Below are positions 1 through 13,363 of a stretch of 64,000 bases of DNA, piece by piece. The stretch covers positions 1,488,001-1,552,000 of the forward strand of contig LSRY02000017.1 in assembly GCA_001643675.2 (NCBI GenBank). The letters run 5' to 3'. How positions within the stretch are numbered: position 1 is the stretch's first letter; each line of letters opens with the position of its first letter. The notes under the pieces are model-generated. The model was not told the origin of the DNA and made no database searches. It worked only from the letters and a program-made list of their open reading frames with translations. The DNA comes from Monocercomonoides exilis PA203 (lineage: Eukaryota; Protista; Preaxostyla). A program made the position numbers and the translations under genes.

Positions 1-549
1 ATTTCAGTCATTGGTACAGGCAATGCTAAGAGTTCGATTGGAACAGGAACACTTTCATCAACAAAAGCATTGTTCGGTGTGACAACAGGTCACCTTTATT
101 TATTGCACATGAAGGTTGATTGCAACTCAAATGCAAATCCTTCTTCGCCGAGTGTGGTTGTGGTGTCTGATGGGGGTGGGTCACTCTCATTGGAGGATGT
201 TGTGATCACCACGAGTGTTTCTTCAGGAAACTATGTGATGTCGTAGTCTGTGTTTGTGGCGCCGCTGTAGCAGCTGTTGATGACCGATGTGGAGATTACA
301 GATATGAATGCCTCAAAACCATTGTTCTCAGAACCGTTGTTCTCTGAGCCGGATCCATCTTCTTCTTCATTATCGTTATCGTCTTCATCCGCACTGTATC
401 TGACAGCCATAGCTTCTGGAGATAGCATTCTTGCGAATGTGATGTCAAACAATGTGAAGGTGGAAAGAGTGGAGAGATTATCTGTGTGGAGCGAGAGAAC
501 AGAAGGAATCAGACTGGATGTGTGTTGGAGAAGTGCGATTCTGAGATGA
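1..549 (+). pseudogene. Decayed fragment of a large beta-helix-type surface-protein gene (5' part outside window)
   Basis: Frame 1 reads as protein from base 1 (ISVIGTGNAKSSIGTGTLSS...GGGSLSLEDVVITTS...LMTDVEITDMNASKPLFSEP). It is broken by in-frame TAG at 244-246 and 268-270, has a short LFSEP duplication, and drifts to TGA at 547-549. The family assignment is inferred from sequence style. Confidence 0.55.
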
Positions 550-955
550 AATTTTGGTCACACGTGAATTTAGAGGAAAAAATAAAAAATAGTAACAAAT
601 TCGCAATATTATTCTCCTTATTGTAATTTTCATGATAAAAAAATATTACAAAATAAATAAAAAATTTAATTTCATGCTCAACTAACCACGAATAATAAGA
701 GAATGCATCGAGGGAAAGACGTTTTATGAGAAAGAAAAAATACTTTGAAACACAAACATTTGAATAGCAGAAAGAAACATATCACAAAATAAAAGATTAA
801 TAAAATGAGAGTTTAGAAACACTCATTCATAAAATTAACATATTAATTCGATAAATCTAAACACAACAAAAATGTTAAAAAACACAAAACTTGCATACAA
901 ATGATTAGAATGAAAGGATTATTGGATATAAATTACAACAGATTTGAAAATTTCT

Positions 956-2256
956 TCAGACGGAAGAAGCATAAGGGGAGGTGAAATGTTCATAATCAAA
1001 GGTTTCTGCACCAAATGAACAAGAATCCGATCGCCTAAAAGCCGACAATTCTTCATCTGGAAAGTGGGAATTGCTGAAATGAACAGGAAGAGATGTGGAG
1101 CTATCTTGAATCGTCCCGTATCCAATTTTTGACGAATCATTCATGAATGCTGTTGTTGCTCCATTTGAAAAAGGCATTTTCGCGTGAAGTTGATTACACT
1201 TTTGTCTCTTTCCAATGTCATTCACATTATTCTCTCTTTGACCATTTGCTCCTGCTTTATTTGAAATGAATTTTCCCTTTGAACAAACTCCTAATTGCTT
1301 TGTCGCATTATCACTTTCACAACTTGCAGAAGAATTTCCTTTTCTGTTCGAAGTTGATAAATTCTTTTTATTGCAACAGCATCGATAACGGCTAAGCATC
1401 ACAAGCATTGCAGTTGCCAGCAATGCTTGTCCAACTATCATATTAATAAAAGTGTACAACGAATGATCTACATCCATTTTTTCAGTGGCATATCTGAAAA
1501 CTATACAAGAATACATAAAAATACTAATTCAATTTTGTAAACAATGCGCAAACATTCAAACCTAAAAGAGCACCACGAATGAGAAAACCAATCAAACAAA
1601 TTGATGCTTGCGCAATCACCTTTTTCTTGAATGTAGGTAATCCTCGAAGTCCTTGAACCTTGTTTATCTGCTGGATCAGTCTAATTCCGTATATCAAAAA
1701 AATAAATGCAACTATTATGTTTAATGAAGCAGCATAAGCTCCTTCAATGATATGCAGACAATTTGTTTCCTTATGTTTTGTAAAAAACATTGGAATAATG
1801 AGACATAGAGGCACAATATAATTAAACATAATTGTAAATACAACTATGAGGAATTTCTTTCGTGAAAGCTGGATTGAGAAATGTATGGCCAAAACATAAT
1901 GAAGAGAAATGATTATAAAGCAAGTTATGAATGTGTAACTTGACATTGCAGTAAACAAAGTTCCCGGGATAGGTTGCTCTAACATTGAATTTGCTAATGC
2001 ATCAAAACAAAAAATCCCAATGGTTCTTTAAATTTGATTTACGATTCATGAAATAGCAAGAGATTTATACAAACCTCAGTAAAAATGACACAAAAATTAA
2101 TAAATGAAACAGAAACTGAAGATGATAAAGATCTTTTCCTTTCGGAAAACGACAAATAATTTCTAACCGTATAAACTCCTCTAATGAATAGATAGTTAGA
2201 AAAATTACTATAATTCTAAATTGAAAATCAAAAGCAATATAAAAACATGTCTTCAT
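956..2256 (-). CDS. Multi-pass (7TM-like) membrane protein, THH1/TOM1/TOM3 or GPR137-like; 3 exons
   Basis: ORFs 2065-2256, 1524-1985 and 956-1516 join through two short GT-AG introns (first donor GTTTGT at 2074). There are about seven hydrophobic helices, including FIFLIYGIRL and ICLIGFLIRG motifs typical of this family, then a polar cytosolic tail. Confidence 0.6.
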
Positions 2257-2337
2257 AAAATAATAAAATTCACATGCTGTTGCGGTAATGCATAAGTATT
2301 ATCTGTTGATTCCTTTCCCATCTTCGAATGCTCGAAG

Positions 2338-5300
2338 ATGAAAACTTTTTCTGATCTGATCAGTAATTTAGAACATTCATTTTTTAATATTCGAACTTCG
2401 TCTACACCTTTTAAAAGAGAAATGCCGGTGATTTCAAAGTTGCAGATGGTATTCTTTTTAAATTTAACGCTTGTTGACAAATTTATAATTTTTCTTTTTC
2501 AATGATTATGAATTCAGAACAAAAAAACAATCATTGTTTCTCAGGACTATATAGGAGACAAAATGATGGTTATAAATTCACAAATTTGGTTTATAAACAA
2601 CTATTCGGTTGCTTCCATTAGTGCAATTGACAATAGATTGCTTTATCGCTTCAATTCAAAAAATACATTAACGTCATTTGTTCATCTTCCAACAACCAAA
2701 AGAATTTGGGTATCCGATACCAAAGGATATATCTTTGTCATAGACTATTCTGTTTGCTTCAATTATTATTTTTTTTGACAAAAAAATTTTTTTAAATGAA
2801 TGAATTGAAAAATTGAAATATTCACAGGATCCAAAAGCAATGAAAAAGGTGAATAGAATGTTTGCCGACAAATTAAAATAATGAGTTCAATGCCTAAATT
2901 TTGATAAATTATTTCACATTCTTTTTAACTTTTAGAAAACTTCCTGAACCTTGCGTGATCAACAACATGTGCGTATCAGATAGAGATTGCAGGGCTGTTC
3001 TTTGTGCATGCGACAACGGAGAAATTGCGATTATTGATGGAGACAATGAAACATTTTATTGCAACAAAAAGGTTTGTTCAAGCCCATTGACAGCAATTGG
3101 ATGCAATGGAGAAGGAAAAGTCTGGATTGGATCGAATGACGGAATTGTGAAATGTTTTGATTTTGATCAAATATGCGACTCCTCCGAGACTATGGATGAA
3201 AGTGCATATGGGCAAGAGCCCCCATTGTCTCCATCTGGAAAAGCGATGGAGTGTCAGCCACTTCTTCGAGTGCAGTTTGGAGGCGAAAGAGTAATGTCTG
3301 TTTGCTGCGAAAATGAAGTTGCATTTGTTGCTCTTCGGTCAGGAGTTATTCAACGGATAGAGTTGAAAGCAGAATCTTCTGAAGAAAGCAACAGCGCAGG
3401 AATAAGAGATGAGAAGGAGCCTGGAACTTATGCGCTTTCACCCGAAGGCTCTCAACAGAGTCCAACTTCGTTGCGTTCGTTGTCTTCTTCTTTGGAAACA
3501 CCAAGCAAGCAACCAAAAAGCAGCACACAAACATCTTTGTCTCCTCCAAAATCACCGAGCCGCTTTTCTTCAAACACATCGCAGCAGACGCTGTCGCCGA
3601 TCATATCTTCTGTGTCGCTTTCCCAATCGCCAATGAGATCTTCTTCTTCTTCTTCTTCTTCTGCCTCCTCATCTAACTCTCCGCTTGGAGCAAGTTTTTC
3701 ACAACATCCATCCCACTTCTCGTCAACACTTCGTTCATCCTCACCTCATTCACCAGCAAAAGATCGGACTTCCACGCACAACGACACACTTCAGACACTT
3801 TCTTCCATCCAGCCATCATCCTCTGCCCTCTCCACAACCAAAAGCCCCCTCTCTTCTTCTGCCTCAGGCACAGCATCTGACTCGCCCCTCAGCTGCTTCT
3901 CCTTCTTCCGCTCGTATTTGGTCTGCGTGAACCGCTCAGCGGTGCGTCTTGTGCAGCGCCGCACACTTCCGAACGATGAAGGAAGCGGAAAAGGAGCTAA
4001 TATTGGGCAGGGAGAAGGAGCGAGAGGGAGAGGCAGTGTGTTCAAGCTGACGAAAATGAAGCTGGATCTGAACTGGGACGAATACCCAGCGATTGCATGT
4101 GCTGTGCAGGTCTTTGACGACGCGCCGTCTGCTCAGAAAAGCGCAGGATTTGAAGCAACGGCAACAAAAAGCAGAGGAGATAGAAGCAGAGGCACAACAA
4201 GAAGAGGGAATAACATGCAGAACGGGAAAGGAGAAGGAGAGGAAACAAGAGGAGAGGAAGGAGAGGGTATGTGGAATCAGCAAAGTAGAGAGAAAGCAGC
4301 GTTGTGGATTGCGTTGAAGACAGGTGTTGTGATCAGCTATGGAGACATTCCATCAGACAATGAGATGATGGAGAGAGAAGAGAGCCTGTCGAAGAAGAGG
4401 AAGACGATGATGAAGAGGAACGAAGAGATGCTGAAGACAAAAGGGATCAACAAAAAGGAGTTGGAGGTTTGCAACAAAGCTGTTATTTGCCTTTGAAAGA
4501 AAGATGTTAAACAAAAAATTATGAAATTTTATTTATTTATTTTATTCACTTTATTTATTCTTTTAACTTTTGGCAATTGAATCATAACCCTTCTTTATTT
4601 CTTCTCACGTCCAATTATAAATAAACAGACAATAGACGTCATTGCCCCAACACCCGAGCAGCCACGTAAAGTTCTACGCTTTTATTCTCCGTATGCCTTT
4701 CCTTCGTCTCCTTTCCGGCATTCGCCATTGGCAATGAGCAGAAGTGCCGAAGGAAATTTCACAGAAGAGGAAGTGCTTGCAATTCTGAGGCATGTTATTG
4801 AAGGAGAAGACGAAGACAGGAAAGAAGGGGGGAAAGGTGATGGAAATGAAGAAGAAGAAGAAGAGGAAGAGGAGGAAGAAGAAGAAGGAAAAGGGGATTG
4901 GGAGATAACTATGCACAGAATTCCGAAGGATGAACGGAAAGAAGAAAGAAACAAGAAGAACCATCTGCCTTCGTTTGGGTCAAATGAAGAGAAAGAGAAA
5001 GTGCTTGAAGATGTGACGCATGCAATGCAGAAGACGATGTATGAGATGTTGGAAAGGAAAAGAAGAGAAAGAGAAGAAGAAGAAGAGAAAGAGAAGCATT
5101 CAGAAGAAAAAGTCATCCACAACAAAGAGAATGGAAGTGAAAGCGGAGAAGAAGCAGAGAATGATGTTGAGTGCATACGACAGCTGCAGAGTGCTGTGGA
5201 AGCCAAACACGAGGAAATAACACGATTGAATGCTCTTTTGGAAAAGAATGAAAGGAAATTCTCTCAAAAATGTATGCAAAATGTTGAATGAATATTGGTT

Positions 5301-5952
5301 ATTAGTTTTGTTGATTGGAAAATAAAATATGTTTGAATGAATATTTGCTATTTGAAACGTTTTTTTTGTTCAAAATTTTTATTAAACCTCTTCTTTATTC
5401 ACTTTATTATTATTCATTTTATTTATACTCTCTAAATGAATATGTTCTCTTTTCACATTGACAGCTGTGCGTTCGTCAGCATCGTCTGACTTATGCTCCT
5501 CTTCTGCATCTCAATCTGCCTCTTCATTTTCTTCTTCCTCTTCTCTCTCTTCTCTCTCTTCTCTTCCATCATCATCAACATCATCATCATCATCATCTAT
5601 TCCTTTACCCTCTCTTTCTCCTTCTTCTCCTGTTCCTGTCGCCCTCTCCTCTTTCTCTCAGGCCAGCGCCGACATCCAACTTCTGCAGGACCGCCTGCTC
5701 GTTCAGTTTGAGCAGACGTGCGGCAGATTCGATGAGGCGCAGATGAAACTGAAGGACTTTAACAGTCTCGTCGCTGCTGTCATCCTCAAAGAAGAATGCC
5801 AGCTGATAAAGAGTGCAAATCAATGGATGTCATTGATTTCATCAATTGAGCAGGGAGGGAAAAACGATGAAGCTGTAGAAACTGAGCCATCACAATCAGA
5901 GAAGGAGGAGGAAGGAGAGGAAGCTTGTGAAGAATTACTTGAAGAAAACTAA
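2338..5952 (+). CDS. WD40-like beta-propeller protein with Ser-rich insert and C-terminal acidic coiled coil; multi-exon
   Basis: ATG at 2338; exons in ORFs 2563-2778, 2901-4496, 4728-5291 and 5458-5952 are separated by AT-rich GT-AG introns. Blade-like segments: RIWVSDTKGYIFVID, VLCACDNGEIAIID, KVWIGSNDGIVKCFD, AFVALRSGVIQRIE, LWIALKTGVVISY. That all exons belong to one gene is inferred. Confidence 0.55.
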
Positions 5953-6194
5953 ATTAGTGATTATCATACATTTTTTGTTTTTGATAAATTATTTATTGTT
6001 TAATTTCAATAATAAGAAGTAATCGTTTGGATTTTTAATTCTTAAAGGTTTCATTAGTACAAAATGCAGTATATTTAGTTAATTTGAGAATATTAAAACA
6101 TGAAGAAAAAAAAATTACACTTATTTGTTACCCATTACTTTCCTTCACATTTCCTTCGACGCATTAATCAAAGATATCTGTTGGAAAGGAAAAA

Positions 6195-9100
6195 ATGAAA
6201 AAGCATTCAAAAACTTCATTTTTAATCATTAACAACAGGCAAACAGTAATTTTGAACACAAATCCACAACTTTTGGATTTTGCTGCATATGTCTCAATAA
6301 CACAAGAAATGCTCGAAGAAGATGCGCTTGGAGAATGTCGAACAATGGAACTTGGAAAATATTCATTTGTGTTTTTAACATCAAATTCTTATTACCTTAT
6401 GGCGTGCACATCAGACAAACTTTCTGTTCCATTTCTGTCTCTACAAATAAATGTTCTAAAACACCTTATGAACGCAGTAATTGGACCAGATACAGATGTC
6501 AATAGATTGTGTGTAAAAACATACAATTTTTTATCAAATTAACATTTCGAATCAATTTGTTCGTTATTTGTTTATTTGACAATTTAGACCTTTAAATGAC
6601 TTCGAACGATTGCAACAACGTCTTTCAATGCTTATCACAACATATTCCAACCTTATATTTTCGCATACATGCTTTGCTGTTCAATGCCTTCAAAGAATTC
6701 CATTTTCATCTCCAAAAAATCCTCTAACGCTTGTTGGAGCAGCATTTCCAAACTATACGCATGCGTACTTAATAAAGGAATGCAAAATATTTAGTGAAAT
6801 TCATCAAAAGGGTTATAATGCTCTTCAAGTTGAAGACGAATTACTATTGGTTGCTTATGTTTCACAGTGTATTGAGCAATTGAATGAGTGCGAAGATGAG
6901 ATCATACCAAACCAAGCAGGTTCTGTAAACGATGCAAAAGCATCAAACTTAGTGTCATCTTTATACAGTAAAGAAGCAGAAAGCGTTTCACAACAGAAAC
7001 CAATGAATGCATTCTATACGCCCGAAAGAAAAATGCCCAAAAGTGCGCCAAACACTGAAAGGATACGGAAGCATCCAAAAATAGATGAAGTGTCAGAAAG
7101 CCCAAAAGAGATTGGAAGCGAACAAACTTGCGAGAGCATTTGCGCTGCTGCAGAAACAGCTCTTATTAGCGAGCAAACAGCTTCGGATGAAATGAATGAA
7201 AAAGCAGACGGAGGAGAAAAAGAGAGCAGAAGCATGTTTTCTGAGAAGAAGCCTGTGGACGAAGACGAGGCAGCAGACAAAGAGGCAACTGAAGCAGAAA
7301 AGCCTGTTTTGGAGAGAATGACAAACGGTGAAAAGGAAAACAGCGAACTGAAAGAAGGAACTGAGGCAATTGCTCCGTCTTCCTCACAGACACGTCTTGA
7401 AGAGGAAGCACAATCGCCATCTTCATCCGTCTCCTCTTCCTCTGAACAGCTTTCTCCTTCGCTTTCAACCCTCTCTTCGTCTCTTCTGTCGCCAGACACT
7501 TCAGCCAAGTTATCAGTGCGCTCTTTGTCTTCTGCTCCTCCTTCAATTGAACCAGACTCTGTGCCTCTTCCTCTCTCATCATCTCTTTCTGCCTCAACGA
7601 CACCTCCTCTCTCTCCTTCTCTCTCTTCTCTTTCTTCCACCTCTTCTTTCTCTCCACTGCCTTTCCCATCGCCCGCTCTTTCCCAATCGTCTGCTGCGTC
7701 TTCTTCTGCTGCTCATTCGCCTAAACACACAGCAACTGCCTCATTCTCGTTTTTCTCGACTTCTTCCTCTTCTTCTTCAATGGTCGATCATCTGAGCACC
7801 CTTCGCAACTCAAAAGCTGTTTTCTATCTCAACGACGAGGTCAAACAGAACAAGTTTGAATTTCTAATTGCAATTTTGTTAATTTTGATATTATTTCATC
7901 ATTTTTGTATATTTTATGTAACATTGTGTTAACAATTGATTTATCCATCTTTTTTTTCTCAAATAATTCTTTCATTCTGTTTTCCTTTGTTTTTTTCTTT
8001 TCTTTCTTTCCAACCAACATTTCAGATTAATTGCAGCCAAACGAGAAGTCGAGCTGTATCTTCTCAGCGATGATGTGGCTCTTATCATCGTCATCAGGCC
8101 GAAACAGACAGCTAATCCGTCTTCTGCCAAGCATCGCTCTTTTCTCCGTTCTTCTGTCTCAACACGCTCTTCATTCAAGGCAGCTGCTGGCTCTGCTGCT
8201 TTTGAGCAGACAAAGACGGAGTCTCAATCAAAATGGATTTCATCATCATCGTCATCGTCATCATCATCATCATCATCATCTTCTTCTTCTTCTTCTTCTT
8301 CGCCATCTCCATCATTGCCTGCATCTTCATCAACTTCTTCATCTTTGCCATCTACTCCTGTAACATCATCTTCATTGCTGTCATCAATATCTCCTTCTCC
8401 TTCTCCTTCTCCTTCTTCATTATCAACATTTTCTTCCTTAACATCTGCGCCTTCATTGCTATCTGCATCTTCAACATCTCCTTTGTCTCATTCATCTTCT
8501 TCAACAGCATCTTCATCACTATCATCATCATCATCTTCATCTTCTTCTTCTTCTTCCACTTCTTCTTCTTCAACTTCATCTCTTTCAACTGAACCTTCTT
8601 CTCTTGTCCAATCACCTCAACTCTCTTCTTCTTCCACCCCTCCGTCTTCCTTCCAAAAACGCTCATCTTCTTCTTCTCCTTCACCTTCTTCTTCATCATC
8701 ATTTTCATCATTTTCATCATCATCATCATCTTCTTCTTCTTCTTCCCCTTCTCCCTCTTCCCCTTCCCCTTCTCTTTCTTCCATATCATCCTCTTCTCAT
8801 CCTCTTTCTCATTCAAAGTTGACTTCTCCTGTTTCCATTCCAAATCTTTTTGAGAGAAATTCTCTTTTCTTCTGCTGCGCCCACTCTTCATTTCGCCAGT
8901 CCATTGCCTTTCTGAATCTTCTGTGTGTTTTTATTATCTTATACATTCTTTCATTCATTCATTCATTCTTTCTTTTAATGTTTCTTCTTTCTTTTTTATA
9001 AAAAAAAACCTATCCTTTTTTATAATATTTGATATATTTTTCCCACTTATGTATTTCGTATTTTCCATTCTATTATTCTTTTTATTTCTCTTTTCTATGT

Positions 9101-9276
9101 TTATTTTTTCTTCCCTTTTCTGTCCAATTTTTTATTTTCGATGATTTTTCAGAAGCCGTCAGAACACCATCTCTTCCTACATCCTCCACCGCCACAGCAT
9201 CCGCTCTCATTCTCTTCTTCTTCCTGCTGAGCCTCCCCCAAGCAGCACTCAAAACTACGTCAGCACATTTTCTTCC

Positions 9277-9309
<33 letters not shown>

Positions 9310-11520
9310 TCCTCTTCACTTCACCCAGTCCTCTCCAAACACCCCTCTGCCAACATCCGCTATGCCCCGCTCTCATTCAACTCTCTTGCTGCAAGCCTTC
9401 GCTCTGTCTCCTCCCGCCAGCCGTTTCGCCATCTTCTTCACTTCGTCTTCGCCAACCGCTCCACAAACAACGTCATTTCACCTCTGCTCGACTTCCGCGA
9501 GGCGCAGCTTAGTCTCCAGAGAGAGGCACAGGGGAAGATGGAAAGAATGAGAGAGAGACAGAAGAAGAAAGAGATGAGGGCGAGGGAAATGAGTCAGCCA
9601 GCACAGAATGTGGATGATGAAAGAGACAAAATGCAGAGGAGTTCTCCTTCATTTCAAGCACCTGCATCACGTGTGCCCATCCCACTTTCTATTAATTCCT
9701 CATACACAACACAAACATCTCCATCATCATCATCATCTTCTTCTTCATCCACATCCTCTTCTTCTCCTTCATTCACCAGAACATCTTCTGTCTCATCCAA
9801 TCTTTCTTCCTCTTCTGCCTCTTTTTCTGACGCTCCCTCTTCACTCGGTGTGTCTCCCCAGTCTCGTTTCTTTTCTCAGCCGCCAATCGCCTTCACTTCT
9901 TTGTCGCATCATTCTTCTGAATCAACTCCTCCGCCTTCCCATCACTTTGTCAAATCCATTTCGCCTTCTCCACTTGCCTCGTCTGCCCCTCGTCATTCGT
10001 CCTCTCTTGCTTCTTCTCCTTCTTTCTCGTATTCCTCTCCATTGGGACGCTCTCCTTCCTCTTCTCCTTCCTCCTCCTCCTCCTCCTCTTCTTCTTCTTC
10101 CTTTTCCTCCTCCTCTTCTTCTCATCTCTCTTCATACACTCACTCGTCTGTCCCTCCATACAAATCTCCATTGAGTTCACTTCAGTCTGCACCATCGCTG
10201 AATGAGCTGACAGAAATGGCACTTTCAGAATATTACGCTAAATTGCTCAGAGGAAAGAGAAACAGGAGGAAGAGAAAAATGAAGATAAATGGCAAACAAA
10301 TGAGTGGTGGTGATAATGATGCTGCTGATGGGACAAAAGATGCAACATGTTTGGAGTTAGAAAGAAAGAAGAAGAAAGCAAAAAAGAACAAAAACAAGAA
10401 AAGAAGCTTTGCACTCACACAGCAAAGCATCATTGCAAAGCTGCAAAGGAAAGTGGCGTCTGTTCTGAATGAGGCTGTTCTTTTGGCTGTTGTGCTTCCA
10501 CAGCACTTCTTCTTCCCTTCCACATCTCTCAGCCTCAACCCATCCTCCTTCCATCTCAATGGAACTACTGCTACTACTTCTTCTTCTTCGACTTCCTCCT
10601 CCTCAATATTCCGCCCCCTCTCATCTCGCACCCAGCCATCATCAGCACAGCCACGTTCACTAGTGTCCCGTATTGGAGCATCGCCTCAGTCGCAGCAGCC
10701 GAACGGGCCAGCCACTCCGTCTGGCAGCATCCCTCTCATTTCGCACGCCATCATCAGATATCCTCCCTTTTTGCTCGTGTACACAATCCATTCAGTCACT
10801 TTGTCTCTCTTTCAAGGGGAGATGGCGACGCGGCTGTGGAAGAAGAGAGAGGAGATGAAGGCGCTGCTGAGGCAGAAGAAGCTCGAAGCGAAGAGGCGCA
10901 AGCTGGAAGAGAAGAGGAGGCGCAGGATAAGAAGAGCAGAAAGGAGGAAAGAGAGGAAAGAAAGAGCACAGAAGGATAAGATCAGCAGAGAGTCCACCGA
11001 AAGCAGTGCAGACGAGTCCTCCTCTTCTTCCTTTTCATCACAGTCAGCGTCGCCTCTTTCGTCGTGCTCTTCTGCTCCCCCTTCGCTGTCTGTGCCATTT
11101 GTCTATCTTCACTCACACAACCCGATTCCAGCGCCTGCCAAATCGAGCTTTGCCAGCAGTGGTGGGGGAGCCGGAGGTGGAAGCAGCTTTTGGAGTGGCT
11201 GTCCGCAATTCTACAAGCAGCTGCTGAGGAGGATTCAGGATGAAGAAAGAGAGAAGACGAAGAAAGGAAAGAGAAGGAGGAGCGAGGGGAGGGCGGGGAA
11301 CAGGAGTGGAGAAGGAGAAGAAGAAAGCAGAGGGAGCGAGAGGAGGATGCGGCTGGATGCGCTGGCAGCAGAGAGAGGGAGTGGTGCGAATACAATCAAA
11401 GAGACTGTGCTGTGTGAGCTGTTTTGTGTGTATGACGGCGTGATGAGCACTTCAGACGCACTCATTGTGAACCAGCTGCTGGTCGAGTACATCCTCAGAA
11501 AGCGGCGCGGTGCGGAGTAA
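6195..11520 (+). CDS. Tri-longin-domain protein of the HPS1/Mon1/Fuzzy family (most like HPS1, BLOC-3 subunit), expanded by Ser-rich inserts
   Basis: N-terminal longin-like segment. TYSNLIFSHTCFAVQCLQRI...THAYLIKECKIFS...EDELLLV resembles HPS1 as recalled (TYS...CFAVEALERL...HAFLL..SKLL...DLLAL). C-terminal ELFCVYDGVMS..A....LL.YI resembles the third longin domain. The frame stays continuous across introns near 6510-6587, 7854-8025 and 8923-9152. Confidence 0.65.
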
Positions 11521-12044
11521 AATGGCTTTGATTGGATTTTGCAATGGAAACTGAGAAAATGTTTTATTGTTAAATGGGATGAATAGATAGAGCAATAAAG
11601 TTAGAAATTGTAAATGAATAATTGTTTGAGTAAAAAAAATGTTATTTATAAATTTCTTTATTTCTTGTTCTTTTTGAGTATGTTTTGATTTTTTTTTTTA
11701 AATTTCTAATTGTAATTCATTTTTCGTGTAAATTATCTTTCGAATGCTGTTGATACAACAAAGACAACTTCTAAAAATTCATCAGATGGTGCAAAACCAA
11801 AGAAAAAATCTTCTTAAAAAAATAATGTGAGGATTTGTTGTGCATTTGTAATACTCAACATATTAATGAATTGAATTGAAAAAGGAAAAATAAAAGACGG
11901 AAAAGTTTAAATGAAAATCAATGAAGAGATGGTGTGCATAAGTTCGAATAGCAGAAGAATGACTTGGATTGATATTCTGTTTTGTCCAATTATTTGATTA
12001 AAGGAGATGAGGTTAGACTAAAATTTAACTCACAAAAACGAAGC

Positions 12045-13211
12045 TTATTCTCCTTTTCTCCTGACAATAAATCCCCAGTGATTTTTCTCTGTCTCGGCTC
12101 GATGATGATCTAAATCCCTTTTGCAGAATACTTCCTTTTCATTTCCGAAGATGTTTCTAAGGAGCATAAATACATCAAAGCAAATAAAATGTTAGAATAA
12201 ATCAAATAAATTAAACAACAAATAAGAAATAAAAAAAAGACATTCCGTTCGCGAAGCGAAAATTAAAAATTTGAAGAAAAACGAAAAAATTTATTCTTTG
12301 TTCTCCAATTTTCTTTCTTTGAATGAACAATTTTCCTTTTCTCTCTCAACATACGCATAAAGAATATTATCTGCGGCAAGATGAATTCCAGAGTGTGAAT
12401 GAGTTACAATATATCGTGTTTGTGAACCATCAGGATTCTCAGCTTTCACTGGTTCTCCATCAGTCTCGTCTCTCATCAATGGATCTTTATGCAAAAGTCT
12501 CCAGCAACAATGATAACTTTTAACGTCTGTCAAGAAAACCAACTGTTGTCTCGAAAAACGACTTGATAATTGAGGAGTTACAATTACAGATGACAGATAA
12601 TATGGGGTTGTTGTGTAGTTTGGATGAGCTCGTAGGCAAAAATTCTGACCATAATGAAGCACATCATTTAATAAATCATCAGGCATTAAATCTTCCTCAT
12701 TGGGCCTTTCGATAACAAATACATTTCTAAGTTGAGGAGTTAGGGTAGATGAAGTAGTGACAGCGAATGTTCTTTGTTTCTCGTCAACACTAATTTCGTC
12801 ACCAAAATCAGATGAAAGAACTTAAAAATTGAAAGAAAAAACAATACAGTTAAGTTCAATGCTTAGAAAAAAAACCTCCGTGTGTTGTAAAACTTTGAAG
12901 CAAAACCATATCTCCAAAACGCAGATACTCGTCTTCTTTTATGCAAGAAAGCGTAGCCTTTTGCCTGCTGTGGACAATAATCTCATGTGTTCTTAATGTG
13001 CTAAGATCACCCTTGTCTTTCTTCTCAAGAAATTCGTCAATTTTTGATTCTTCAAGCTTTCTATCCTCGACGCTTTCATTGCGAAAATATCCATAAAAAG
13101 GTAGTGATAATTAATTATTTTTGATAGAACTAATGTAGATGCGGCAAACTAATTTCCGATTTTTACACCTTTTGTGTAAATGTTTTTTCCAACAGCCGTT
13201 TGAAGAATCAT
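12045..13211 (-). CDS. CFAP161: Cilia- and flagella-associated protein 161 (axonemal microtubule inner protein); 4 exons
   Basis: Spliced product MILQTAVGKNIYTKGVKIGNYVEDRKLEESKIDEFLEKKDKG...YLRFGD...VLHYGQNFCL...YYLSS...QLVFLT...CW...DP..R.E..GEPV...HSHSG..LAA...EKEV.....D.HR.E..KNHW follows the CFAP161 motif order. Confidence 0.85.
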
Positions 13212-13363
13212 CTTTTTTATGGTTAAATTTGATCCTCAAATAAATATCTCACAAATAAGATTTGTTTTTTAAAGAAATTATCATTGTAATCATCAATACA
13301 TTCAATTTATGAAAAGTTAATTTGAATCGAAAAGATCATAATACATAGAATATTTTTATTGAC

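Noticed and set aside
13072-13152. Apparent in-frame TAG after GVKIGN in CFAP161 (possible recoding or non-canonical splice site)
   Set aside because: A canonical GT...AG intron (TA|GTTTGC...GAAAG|C) restores GNYVED, matching homologue spacing.
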